From the sequence record NC_031127.1: a stretch of 64,000 nt of DNA. One strand, written 5' to 3'. The position numbers were made by a program, and so were the translations under genes. A model generated the notes under the pieces. The model saw nothing but the letters and a program-made list of their open reading frames with translations. It did not search any database and was not told the DNA's origin. Numbering within the stretch: position 1 is the stretch's first letter; every line of letters begins with the position of its first letter. Below, piece after piece: positions 9,756 to 17,979 of the stretch.

Positions 9756-10210
9756 CATTTCTCGTCAGGACTCGTGGCACACTGCAAGAACGTCATACCC
9801 TCGCCGTTACCGGTAGTCGGGTCAACCGTAGAGTACGAGTAGGTTGCGTTCTTACCTTGGCTGCCGTGTAAGCGGTAATAGCGGGTGCCGGTAAACAGAT
9901 CAACGCTACCGTCAATTTTACCGAGCAAGTCTTTATACAGTTGCGGCGTTTGAACATCACCGCCCGGATAACTGGCGTGCCATGTGGCCCCGTTGTCGAC
10001 CACGGTAACAGAGAAGGGCATCAATTCAAGCTTACCGAGTTGCGGTTGATACTTGACAAAAGTCTCTTTTGCAGCGCTACACTGATAGACCGTGAACTCG
10101 GTCGCTGCAACTGGAATGGTGCCAAATTGGTCCGTTGTGTTCGGTGCCATTGCACAGCCCGCGGCCAACATAATCAGCGCGACGAATAACATTTGAAGTT
10201 TACGCATCAT
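9755..10210 (-). CDS. Putative lipoprotein
   Basis: Start reassigned to ATG 10210 (purine-rich SD upstream). MMRKLQMLFVALIMLAAG-C is a signal peptide with lipobox. Confidence 0.75.
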   Translation of the reverse strand: MMRKLQMLFVALIMLAAGCAMAPNTTDQFGTIPVAATEFTVYQCSAAKETFVKYQPQLGKLELMPFSVTVVDNGATWHASYPGGDVQTPQLYKDLLGKIDGSVDLFTGTRYYRLHGSQGKNATYSYSTVDPTTGNGEGMTFLQCATSPDEK

Positions 10211-10335
10211 TTCCCTACCTTTCACAGTTTCGATTTTATTAGTGACAAACGTCATATAACAAGCCATGTCTGTAAGAAAGCGCGACCCTGCGCTATTTTC
10301 TATGTACCACCTGTTAACACTAAGAGGAATACCCG

Positions 10336-10872
10336 ATGGCCATCATCACTCCACAGGCGCAACTGGTTGCCCTGTTCAATGCGAAAAACGCAAGTCTGCC
10401 ACAAGCGCTGGTTGTTGCTGACGTCACCTTCGGTGCCGTTGATGTCTACACACCGGGCGACGGTGGCGATACCCGCAACACCAAACTGACCATCACCGCA
10501 GTGGCCGACAACGCCCACTTCACCGGTGAGAAAGAACTGCACTACACCCGTCTGAGTTCAGGCATCGTCGGCCCGAAAGCGGTTACCGCGGATCTGGCAG
10601 ACTGGGATACCGACGCGGAAGTGCTGGCCATCCTGAATGCGGACGTTATTGCTGCGGGTAAAACCGAAGATGCGTTTGCACTGGCTGACCTGACCATTAC
10701 GCGCGAAGGTACCGGTACCAACGAAGACCCGATGGTAATTGACGTGTCCATTAATGCGGGCCACATCAAGTACCTGCCGGGGCAGGTTGCCACGTATACC
10801 GTGACTGAAGAAATTCAGAAAACGGATCTGAGCACCACCGATGGTGAGCTGGATGGTTTTACCGTCGCGTAA
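10336..10872 (+). CDS. Virion structural protein sharing N-terminal module and C-terminal GELxGF motif with type C paralogs
   Basis: 178 aa with SD agagga. Contains RNTKLTI..G...HY.R and ends DLSTTDGELDGFTVA. Confidence 0.8.
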   Translation: MAIITPQAQLVALFNAKNASLPQALVVADVTFGAVDVYTPGDGGDTRNTKLTITAVADNAHFTGEKELHYTRLSSGIVGPKAVTADLADWDTDAEVLAILNADVIAAGKTEDAFALADLTITREGTGTNEDPMVIDVSINAGHIKYLPGQVATYTVTEEIQKTDLSTTDGELDGFTVA

Positions 10873-10897
10873 CGCCCTGACTATGGTTAGGTAATAT

Positions 10898-10928
10898 AGG
10901 GAGCTTCGGCTCCCTCTTTTATTTTTTT
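10898..10928 (+). terminator. Intrinsic terminator
   Basis: agggagc-ttcg-gctccct followed by ctttta and a T-run. Confidence 0.85.
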
Positions 10929-10943
10929 CTTCAAGGAGTGCAC

Positions 10944-11444
10944 ATGGCGAAGACATTGCAAGAAGAGTTCATTGATTTAGTGAACACCAAAAACGCAGGA
11001 TTAGGTTTAACGTTAGCGGACGTGGATTTCAGCGACCCGAGCGATTATGTCCCCGGCGCGGAAGGTGGTACGCGTAACAGCGTACTGACGTTAACAGCAA
11101 AAGCAAGCAGCGCGACCTTTAAAGGAAGCAAAGATTATCACTTTAACCGCTTTAACTTTACCCATCCAAATGGGGAAGATGCGGTGTCTGTGATGATAAG
11201 CGACCTAGACTTGTACTGGCAAGAGGACGATTATGCACTGGCGCAGTTTAACAAAGCCTTGCCTAACCATCCCGTTACCCTGTCAGAGGTCACCATCACC
11301 CGTAGTACGGTGGAAGGACACCTGCGTGTGAAGTTGAAAATCGTTCCAACCCATTTGAAATGGCAAGGTGCGTACGTATTCGAAATCTACGACGGTAAAA
11401 CGTTACTGGATAGCCGAGACGGCGAGTTAGACGGTTTCAATTAA
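10944..11444 (+). CDS. Virion structural protein, paralog of 10336..10872
   Basis: Start at ATG 10944 (SD aaggag). Contains RNSVLTL..FKG....FNR and ends LLDSRDGELDGFN. Confidence 0.8.
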   Translation: MAKTLQEEFIDLVNTKNAGLGLTLADVDFSDPSDYVPGAEGGTRNSVLTLTAKASSATFKGSKDYHFNRFNFTHPNGEDAVSVMISDLDLYWQEDDYALAQFNKALPNHPVTLSEVTITRSTVEGHLRVKLKIVPTHLKWQGAYVFEIYDGKTLLDSRDGELDGFN

Positions 11445-11490
11445 TAAAAAGGTGTACCGCTACCCTTCGGGGTAGCGGTATCCTTATTTT
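11445..11490. terminator. Bidirectional intrinsic terminator
   Basis: 11-bp stem taccgctaccc-ttcg-gggtagcggta flanked by A- and T-rich tracts, between convergent genes. Confidence 0.9.
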
Positions 11491-11510
11491 AAACGGCCTG
11501 TACGGCCTTC

Positions 11511-12221
11511 TCAGGCGTTTAACAGTGGAATCTGCGTAATCGGTTGACTTAACGGCTGCGGTTCCCAAGTGACCGTTACAGCGTTAAATGCACGCTTGAT
11601 GTTCTGGTAGCGCGCATTCACACAATGGGCGTGTTTCACATCCCAACGTTCATGCTCAGGAATCGCGTTTTCAATCTGTTCACGGAAGAACAGATAGTTG
11701 CGATTGTAGTTCAGCGTGACATCCGAAATTGACGGGTAGCTGTACTGATGCGGGTTATCGTTCTTATCGGCATACGACGGCCAGCCGAAGTTCTTCACCG
11801 CTTCGTAAAACGAGTTGGCGAGGAATGATTCGACCTTCATCATTTCCATAATCCGCAAGAACATCAAATCCGCAAACGGCTTGTCCGTTGCCCGTGACAG
11901 ATTGCCCGCCGGAGTATCCGGGTAGGGTACTGGGGACGGGGCTTTCTGATACAGCAGGTCGTGGATACAGGCAGCTGCCGCCCAAGGGCCATCAGGGTGC
12001 AGAATCGGCTGTAAGGCAGCTGGGATACTCGCCAAGTCCGTGACGAAGCCCGCGGGGGCGGTGACATACATCAGCGTGTCAGGATGAATACCAGAACGGT
12101 ACACCATGTCATCCAAGCCCGGATGGTCACGGTACAATGCCCTCAGCGTAAACGGTACCCGGAAGTCGTCTGTCAGAATGAACCACTGCTTATCTAACAC
12201 TTTATACTTCAACTCGTTCAT
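11511..12221 (-). CDS. DUF1353-family protein
   Basis: Motifs typical of DUF1353: P.GFVTDLASIP, AA.IHD.LY, AD..F..IM, Y.AV..FG. Confidence 0.75.
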   Translation of the reverse strand: MNELKYKVLDKQWFILTDDFRVPFTLRALYRDHPGLDDMVYRSGIHPDTLMYVTAPAGFVTDLASIPAALQPILHPDGPWAAAACIHDLLYQKAPSPVPYPDTPAGNLSRATDKPFADLMFLRIMEMMKVESFLANSFYEAVKNFGWPSYADKNDNPHQYSYPSISDVTLNYNRNYLFFREQIENAIPEHERWDVKHAHCVNARYQNIKRAFNAVTVTWEPQPLSQPITQIPLLNA

Positions 12222-12353
12222 GAAAGTGCCACCTTAACCATACTGAGCACCACCATGCCTATAATCGACCCCCACAACACATACGCAGGTGGATCATCCT
12301 CGGTAAAGAATTTTGTCGGTACAGAATTGTTCATGGTGATGCCCTTATGGTTA

Positions 12354-12953
12354 TTATTTAGAACATACCCCTACCTTGATAGCGTAGTCGCCCATTTCAC
12401 GGTAGACGCGGTCATACCAACCGTAAGTGAACTCTTCGTTCTGTACACGCTTCTCGGAAATCTCGGTGTAGTAAGACACCTGATGGGAAGTGAGCGCGAA
12501 CATCAAACGGTTGAAGCCATCCAGACCACGGGCTTTCAGGAAACCTTCCAGCGCAGTCATAGTTGCAGGGCCGATACCACCGTCAGCAGAGATGTCGGCA
12601 TACAGTTTACCCTGACGGTTCAACACGTTCAGAATACGCTGAAGCGATTTGATGCAGTTTGCACGACCGGCGTTAATGCCGAAGTCGAACATACGGTCAG
12701 CCAAGAGCGGATTCCATGCGAGAATACGGTCAAGGCGCATACGGTCCCACCACCCTTTCTTGTAGATGTCGAGTGCCATCTGACGCGTCAGGTTACGCAT
12801 GTCGCCGGTGTAGCCGTTTTCACGCGCGGTAGCTTGTGTGATGCCGAAGTTGGTTGGGCCACCCAAGTCGTTCGGGTTGTTAACATAACCGGCTTCAATG
12901 TTAACTTTGGCCGCAATGATACCTTCCATACTCCAACGGTCTACAGTTGTCAT
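12354..12953 (-). CDS. Endolysin, glycoside hydrolase family 108 with PG-binding domain
   Basis: IEAGYVNNPNDLGGPTNFGIT (EGGY-type catalytic motif), FDFGINAG, LQR.LN and DG.IGP.T. Start at ATG 12953 behind SD agagga. Confidence 0.9.
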   Translation of the reverse strand: MTTVDRWSMEGIIAAKVNIEAGYVNNPNDLGGPTNFGITQATARENGYTGDMRNLTRQMALDIYKKGWWDRMRLDRILAWNPLLADRMFDFGINAGRANCIKSLQRILNVLNRQGKLYADISADGGIGPATMTALEGFLKARGLDGFNRLMFALTSHQVSYYTEISEKRVQNEEFTYGWYDRVYREMGDYAIKVGVCSK

Positions 12954-12995
12954 AACATTTCCTCTAATAAAGAACAACAGTCATAACAACCGTAA

Positions 12996-13034
12996 GAAAA
13001 AAAAGAAAAGCGACCCACCCCCGAAGGAGTGGGT
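12996..13034 (-). terminator. Intrinsic terminator closing the radical-SAM operon
   Basis: Minus strand reads acccactcc-ttcg-ggggtgggt (one G-U pair) followed by a long U-rich tract. Confidence 0.8.
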
Positions 13035-13039
13035 ACGAC

Positions 13040-13696
13040 TTAGGCTACACCGTTATCCGCAGCAAGCTGCTTAACTGCGGTGAAGTCTTTTTGTTCCGTG
13101 AGGATACGGATGCGTTGTTTCAACACAGACATGACCATGTGCAGGTCATTGTCACGCGTGATGATTTCCGCATAGAGGGCTTTAACGTCCTCCACCGTCC
13201 ACGGCTCGATAGGCTCGTTGTTCAGCGTCATCCAGTACATCGGGTCAACCCCGGACTGCATGTAGCTTTGCATCGATTCGCGCGACTTCTCGTCAGCTTG
13301 GAACGTCTTGTCACGGAAGGTAATGGGTGCAAACCGTTCCGCGTTATACTTGTCGTTCAGTTTCGGATAAATCGCATTGACTTCCTGATAGAGGTAGTTC
13401 TCCGTCGAGGTCAGCGCGGTACGTACGTGGTCTAAATCAATCTCCAGCACGTCAGCAATAAACTCTTTGGTTTTCTTCATCAGGAATTCAATTTCAACCG
13501 GTGACAGGTCAAAGCCTTTGAGTTTCTCGCGGGCTTTCTTGTCACTCATACCGTTAATCAGATGGTAGTGCAGTAGCAGGCAGAACCCGATACGGTTTTC
13601 CATCTGGTCTTGGTATTCTTCCACGTAGTTACCGTAGCGGTCGATACGCGTGCCCCGTTCGAAATAACGGGCTTTTATTTCGTCGTTACTAAGCAT
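13040..13696 (-). CDS. DUF4376-like protein (phage tail-assembly-associated)
   Basis: The C-terminal half, FQADEKSRESM..W.T.NN....T.EDV.AL...I, matches the remembered DUF4376 pattern. Confidence 0.6.
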   Translation of the reverse strand: MLSNDEIKARYFERGTRIDRYGNYVEEYQDQMENRIGFCLLLHYHLINGMSDKKAREKLKGFDLSPVEIEFLMKKTKEFIADVLEIDLDHVRTALTSTENYLYQEVNAIYPKLNDKYNAERFAPITFRDKTFQADEKSRESMQSYMQSGVDPMYWMTLNNEPIEPWTVEDVKALYAEIITRDNDLHMVMSVLKQRIRILTEQKDFTAVKQLAADNGVA

Positions 13697-14232
13697 CCGG
13701 ATTCTCCTGCAATCCCAAGGTCAACCAGCAGACCGAAGTCAATGAACTGGAAATCATTTTCCAACTCTTCGCCCCAGAGCAGTTTGGCCTCTTCTGCTTC
13801 ATCACCCATCTCTTCCAGCGTCTTACGTGCCACTTCGAATTCGTGGTAGAACGCATCGGTCAGGTGTGTACCGCGTAATGCACGCACAGTCACACCAGGG
13901 AAGTTCAGGGCCAGTCCCACAACGTTGGTTGGGTCTGCATCACCGGTAGAACGGCGCAGTACCTGCAACTTGTGTTTTGGGAACGCCACCACACGTTTTT
14001 CGAAACCGGGATTACGTTTCTCGATTTCGACAACGGACTGGTGATCGTCTTCCACGCCCTGTAAAGGCAGGATGACATTCAGGCCATAACGGTTCAACAG
14101 ACGAATGGTGTCATCGTTGAAATCTTCACCCGGCACGATCGCATGGATGTTGTACAGCTTGTGTTTGCGAATGAACGCATCGACAAGGTGAACGTTACGC
14201 CGAGTAAAATTGTGAATCAGCAATGACTTCAT
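13675..14232 (-). CDS. Hypothetical protein in radical-SAM operon
   Basis: 185 aa with SD ggag located inside the upstream gene. Overlaps both neighbours. Confidence 0.75.
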   Translation of the reverse strand: MKSLLIHNFTRRNVHLVDAFIRKHKLYNIHAIVPGEDFNDDTIRLLNRYGLNVILPLQGVEDDHQSVVEIEKRNPGFEKRVVAFPKHKLQVLRRSTGDADPTNVVGLALNFPGVTVRALRGTHLTDAFYHEFEVARKTLEEMGDEAEEAKLLWGEELENDFQFIDFGLLVDLGIAGESGCLVTTK

Positions 14233-15541
14233 TCGAGGCTCCGAGTTCTAATTTAAGTTTATCTGCTTTCATGCGGTCACGCACGCAGCTCGCACAGTAG
14301 CACATGGATTTATCGTGCAGGTCGGCGACATTCGTGGTACCGGTTTTCTGATACCAGTATTCGGACACCAACAATTTCGCGGTCGTCCAACCACACTGGC
14401 GTCGCTCAGCATGGTACTCTTTACGCGCTTCCAGCTCGCCGTCACCGTTCTCGTAAGAAGCAGCCGCACAGCTACCGCACGAGTGTTTCATCGGGCAGCC
14501 TAAGCAGGTAGACGGGTAGTTGGTGTACTGCGTCTGAATTTCGTTCAGTAGTTTGTGACCGTCAATGTTCACAATCTCACGCCCACGCAGTTCTGCTACC
14601 GCTGAACGGGTGGTTACGGTTGACATGAAGCGGTTACAGCCGTAAATCTTACGGTCGAAGCCAAGACAGGTCATGTGGGTCAGCGTACCGCAGTAAGGAC
14701 GTACACGGTCTGGGTGCAGACGGGTTGCTTCATCGTCCAGCAACTTCTGACGCCAGTCCGGGTCCCATGTCGCCATGAAGTCCAGCCCATCAGGAATGAT
14801 GTGGGTCAGGATGTTACGTGGTGACTTGTGGTAGCCGTTGTCGACCCAGTAATCGATAACGTCAATCATCTGGTTTGCGATACCCAGAGCCATATCACGC
14901 GACAGAATGTCTTCGTACGTGACGTTACCGGAGATGGTACCACCGCCCGTTTCTTTAATCAGGTGAATCATGCTCTCGCCGTAACGAGGCAGGGTCTCAC
15001 CGGTAAAGGTGGCTTTGATACCGAGTTCTGCAATACCGACAGATTTCAGGTATTGGTAGCCGCGCATCGCCTGCTCGTACGAGCCTTCACGCGAAGTGGT
15101 GAAGATACGATAGCGGTCGTGTACTTCTGGCAGACCATCGATGGACACACCAATCGACAGACGGTCTTTCCAGCGTTCAATGATTTCTTTGCTGATAGGA
15201 CGGTCGAACAAGGTGCCGTTGGTAGAAATAGAGAATACGTACTGGCGGTTGTCGCGCGCCGCTAACTCTTCGGCTGTCTCAAAGACGGCTTTCAGAATCT
15301 TCGGCTGCATAAACGGCTCACCCCCGATGATGTCGATAATGATTTCGGCATCTTCGATGTGACGGTCGCGGTCAAAACACGCATGAATAAAATCGACAGC
15401 GTCATCCACTTTGTTGTTGCGCGGATACTTACGTTCGTAGCAATACGAACAGTCGAGATTACAAGACAGGTTAGTTACGACCTGATACGTGAGTGTGGGG
15501 CGCTGTTTACGCGTCTGCGATGAAGATCGTTCTTCACTCAT
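14195..15541 (-). CDS. Radical SAM enzyme with SPASM domain (peptide maturase-like)
   Basis: CNLDCSYC (CxxxCxxC) and GGEP. C-terminal Cys set: C-x7-C..YGC, then CLGCPMKHSCGSC..C, plus an extra CYCASC. Confidence 0.92.
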   Translation of the reverse strand: MSEERSSSQTRKQRPTLTYQVVTNLSCNLDCSYCYERKYPRNNKVDDAVDFIHACFDRDRHIEDAEIIIDIIGGEPFMQPKILKAVFETAEELAARDNRQYVFSISTNGTLFDRPISKEIIERWKDRLSIGVSIDGLPEVHDRYRIFTTSREGSYEQAMRGYQYLKSVGIAELGIKATFTGETLPRYGESMIHLIKETGGGTISGNVTYEDILSRDMALGIANQMIDVIDYWVDNGYHKSPRNILTHIIPDGLDFMATWDPDWRQKLLDDEATRLHPDRVRPYCGTLTHMTCLGFDRKIYGCNRFMSTVTTRSAVAELRGREIVNIDGHKLLNEIQTQYTNYPSTCLGCPMKHSCGSCAAASYENGDGELEARKEYHAERRQCGWTTAKLLVSEYWYQKTGTTNVADLHDKSMCYCASCVRDRMKADKLKLELGASNEVIADSQFYSA

Positions 15542-16431
15542 TTGATTACCTCATTGCGATGTTTGCGAGCGTGGATCGTGCGATTGATGTAACGGTAGGC
15601 TTCTTGCCCAATGACTTTCGCCAGCATGTTACAACCGCTATCGATTTCCATCTCGACATCCATCGTGTAGCCGATAGACGCATCGGAGTCCAGACGAACC
15701 AGACCGCTGCACGCGTTGCACGACTGCTCAAAGAACTTGCTGATGGAGAACCCAGTTGAGCCATTGTTCATGACATTCAGGCGTTCAATCTGGTCTTCCA
15801 TTTTGTTGTAGCCGAACATGAAGTTCATCACCAAATCTTGGTTCAGAGGTTTCTTCATGCGGTTGTCCAACAGCAGCGTCATGTCTTTGAAGCCGTAGTG
15901 GTGGAGTGCGCGGTGTAAGTCCAGCAGGTCAGTGTGCCAATATTTATCAGCCAACTGCTCACGAGTCACCACGGCCCACGTATGGACGTTGTTCAGCGCA
16001 GCCATCACTTCGAAGGCTTCGAATGCACCATCTTCAACGACACGCCAGAGCGGACGTTCGCTCTTTTTGTATCCATCGAACGACACACAGATACGGTTAA
16101 ACTGTTGCAGCATCGGGAGATGTTCCAGACGCATTTTCAGACCGTTCGTGTACAGCTCGTGAGTGAGATGTGGATAACGGGCTTTGACTTCGGCCAGCAA
16201 TGGCTCAATCTTCCGGGTCGCCATTAATGGCTCACCACCCGTCCAGTTCATCCCTTGTAAAGTCGGGTACTTCTCCAGTTGTTCAAACAGCGCTTCACGC
16301 TGAATTTCCCGACCAACATCTTTTGTGTCCATGTAATACGCTCCGCCGCAGAAACTACAATCCAAATTACACTTGGACGTCGTCACTATCGACAGCTCGG
16401 TAGGGGGACGTATTTGTGGTGCATCGGTCAT
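15538..16431 (-). CDS. Radical SAM enzyme (short, possible Twitch-like C-terminus)
   Basis: CNLDCSFC, WTGGEPL, TNG and SFDG motifs, with C-terminal CNAC..GC. ATGA overlap with the downstream rSAM gene. Confidence 0.9.
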   Translation of the reverse strand: MTDAPQIRPPTELSIVTTSKCNLDCSFCGGAYYMDTKDVGREIQREALFEQLEKYPTLQGMNWTGGEPLMATRKIEPLLAEVKARYPHLTHELYTNGLKMRLEHLPMLQQFNRICVSFDGYKKSERPLWRVVEDGAFEAFEVMAALNNVHTWAVVTREQLADKYWHTDLLDLHRALHHYGFKDMTLLLDNRMKKPLNQDLVMNFMFGYNKMEDQIERLNVMNNGSTGFSISKFFEQSCNACSGLVRLDSDASIGYTMDVEMEIDSGCNMLAKVIGQEAYRYINRTIHARKHRNEVIK

Positions 16432-16449
16432 TGCAGATTGCTCCAGTTT

Positions 16450-17328
16450 TTAATAGATCGCGAAAAGGGGGTCGTCCTCAAACTTCGCGCCCACATCCAG
16501 AAGGAAATCGGAGTGGTAGGCATCGAGTATTTGATTCAGAACAGCCTGACGGTCGTTAATCCGTTTAAGATCATCGAGTGTCACGCTTCGCGACTTGATG
16601 TTTGAAACTGCCTTTTCTTCGTCAGCTGTTAAGGAAACCTTCGACAGAAGGAAACTTACCAGCTTGCTCAGGTCAGCCTCGGTACCCGGTGCTTCACCGT
16701 AACGCAATTGAACCAAGAACTGCATCCACGGTTTGCGGATACGGCGACTGATTTCATGTGGATCGGTAATCGCTTCGAACTGCCCATCTACCGCATTCCA
16801 GCGAAACTTGTAGCTATACGCCAGTAAGTCAGCCAGACAATGGATACCGAGCGTTTCATAACCTAAGATGTGATGGTATTTTTCCACACCTTTATATTCT
16901 TCCGTGCCGGTCGGTACTACGGTGTACCAGAACGGATTAGAAGACGGGTAGTCCCAGCTCCACTCGCGACGAACCATGGGAATGACGTCCAAATCCGCAA
17001 ACGGCGTGAAGATCATTTCCAAATCCATCGAGTGGTTCAGGACTGCATCAGTAAAGAAATACTTACCGTCAATCAGTCGGCCACTGGCGTTCAGCTCGCC
17101 TTCATTAAACTTCACATGCTGAACAGTGTGCTTACCGATGGAGTAGGTATTCTCTTCGGTGTACTGCTTACGTGTAATATCCCGCCCACGTACCTTAGGC
17201 CATTCGCCTGGCAGCATCGAGATAAGGCGTACTTCGTCAGCGATGTGTGCTTTCACACTGTCGTACGACGAAATGTGTAACGGGAAATTTTGCGTCGTGC
17301 GGTACGCCAAATGGAGGTCGTTCTTCAT
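16450..17328 (-). CDS. Hypothetical protein between Cys-rich peptides and radical SAM genes
   Basis: 292 aa ORF with SD aagga, co-oriented with short spacers. No motif recognised. Confidence 0.8.
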   Translation of the reverse strand: MKNDLHLAYRTTQNFPLHISSYDSVKAHIADEVRLISMLPGEWPKVRGRDITRKQYTEENTYSIGKHTVQHVKFNEGELNASGRLIDGKYFFTDAVLNHSMDLEMIFTPFADLDVIPMVRREWSWDYPSSNPFWYTVVPTGTEEYKGVEKYHHILGYETLGIHCLADLLAYSYKFRWNAVDGQFEAITDPHEISRRIRKPWMQFLVQLRYGEAPGTEADLSKLVSFLLSKVSLTADEEKAVSNIKSRSVTLDDLKRINDRQAVLNQILDAYHSDFLLDVGAKFEDDPLFAIY

Positions 17329-17346
17329 GGTTTCTTTATCCTTACT

Positions 17347-17556
17347 TTATCGGTTACCCGCGCCGTAACTGCACCCACCACTGCACGACCAGCTACAGCT
17401 ACCGTTGCAGTTATAATGCGAGAGTGGAAGCCCAGCAAGGTTGTTGGTCGAACTGACCGTGCCGCGTGTGGCGATATAGTTATTGGCCTGTGCGGTCGTG
17501 ATGTAGCCTTCGACGTTCTGCACCCGATCGCGAATGTTTTTCAATGAGATTGCCAT
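17347..17556 (-). CDS. Cys-rich precursor-like peptide 3 (69 aa, 4 Cys)
   Basis: Leader MAISLKNIRDRV..VE and core NCNGSCSWSCSGGCS. SD gagga. Confidence 0.85.
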   Translation of the reverse strand: MAISLKNIRDRVQNVEGYITTAQANNYIATRGTVSSTNNLAGLPLSHYNCNGSCSWSCSGGCSYGAGNR

Positions 17557-17577
17557 AGGTCCTCACTCGATAGAGTT

Positions 17578-17970
17578 CTATCGACTGCCTGAACAGCCAG
17601 AGCATCCCGTACAACTTGAACTACAGGAACCGGAACAGTTACCGGAGCATGTACCCGAACAACCGGAGCACCCACCCGAACACGAACCAGAACATCCTGA
17701 GCACCCACTGGTACACCCAGCAGTACAGCTCGACGAACATGAGGAACCGCAGCCCCCTGATGCCGAACCGGAACAGCCACCTGAACAGCTAGAGCAACCC
17801 CAGCTACAGGTTCCGCCGCAATCGTAATGAATACGTCCTTGGCCGCCGAATAAGTCGACGTTATTGGTTGCCTTATTACGGATGTAGGTTTGTACCCCAC
17901 CTTCCGTTTTTAAGGAGTTCGCTTCGATCACTGCAATGCGATCCGCGATGTTTCGTAAGTTGATAGCCAT
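17578..17970 (-). CDS. Cys-rich precursor-like peptide 2 (130 aa, 20 Cys, CxxxC/CxxC repeats)
   Basis: Leader MAINLRNIADRI..IE, followed by an ~80-aa core almost entirely C/S/G/T. SD ggag. Confidence 0.9.
   Translation of the reverse strand: MAINLRNIADRIAVIEANSLKTEGGVQTYIRNKATNNVDLFGGQGRIHYDCGGTCSWGCSSCSGGCSGSASGGCGSSCSSSCTAGCTSGCSGCSGSCSGGCSGCSGTCSGNCSGSCSSSCTGCSGCSGSR
17581..17820 (-). repeat. Degenerate Cys-x2/x3 coding repeat
   Basis: Recurrent tgt/tgc codons every 9-12 nt encoding CSGSC/CSGC units. Confidence 0.85.
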
Positions 17971-17979
17971 TGTTTCTCC

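Noticed and set aside
12255-12986. 243-aa plus-strand ORF overlapping the endolysin
   Set aside because: It is fully antisense to a clear GH108 gene and has no recognisable motif. It is explained by codon bias of the real gene.
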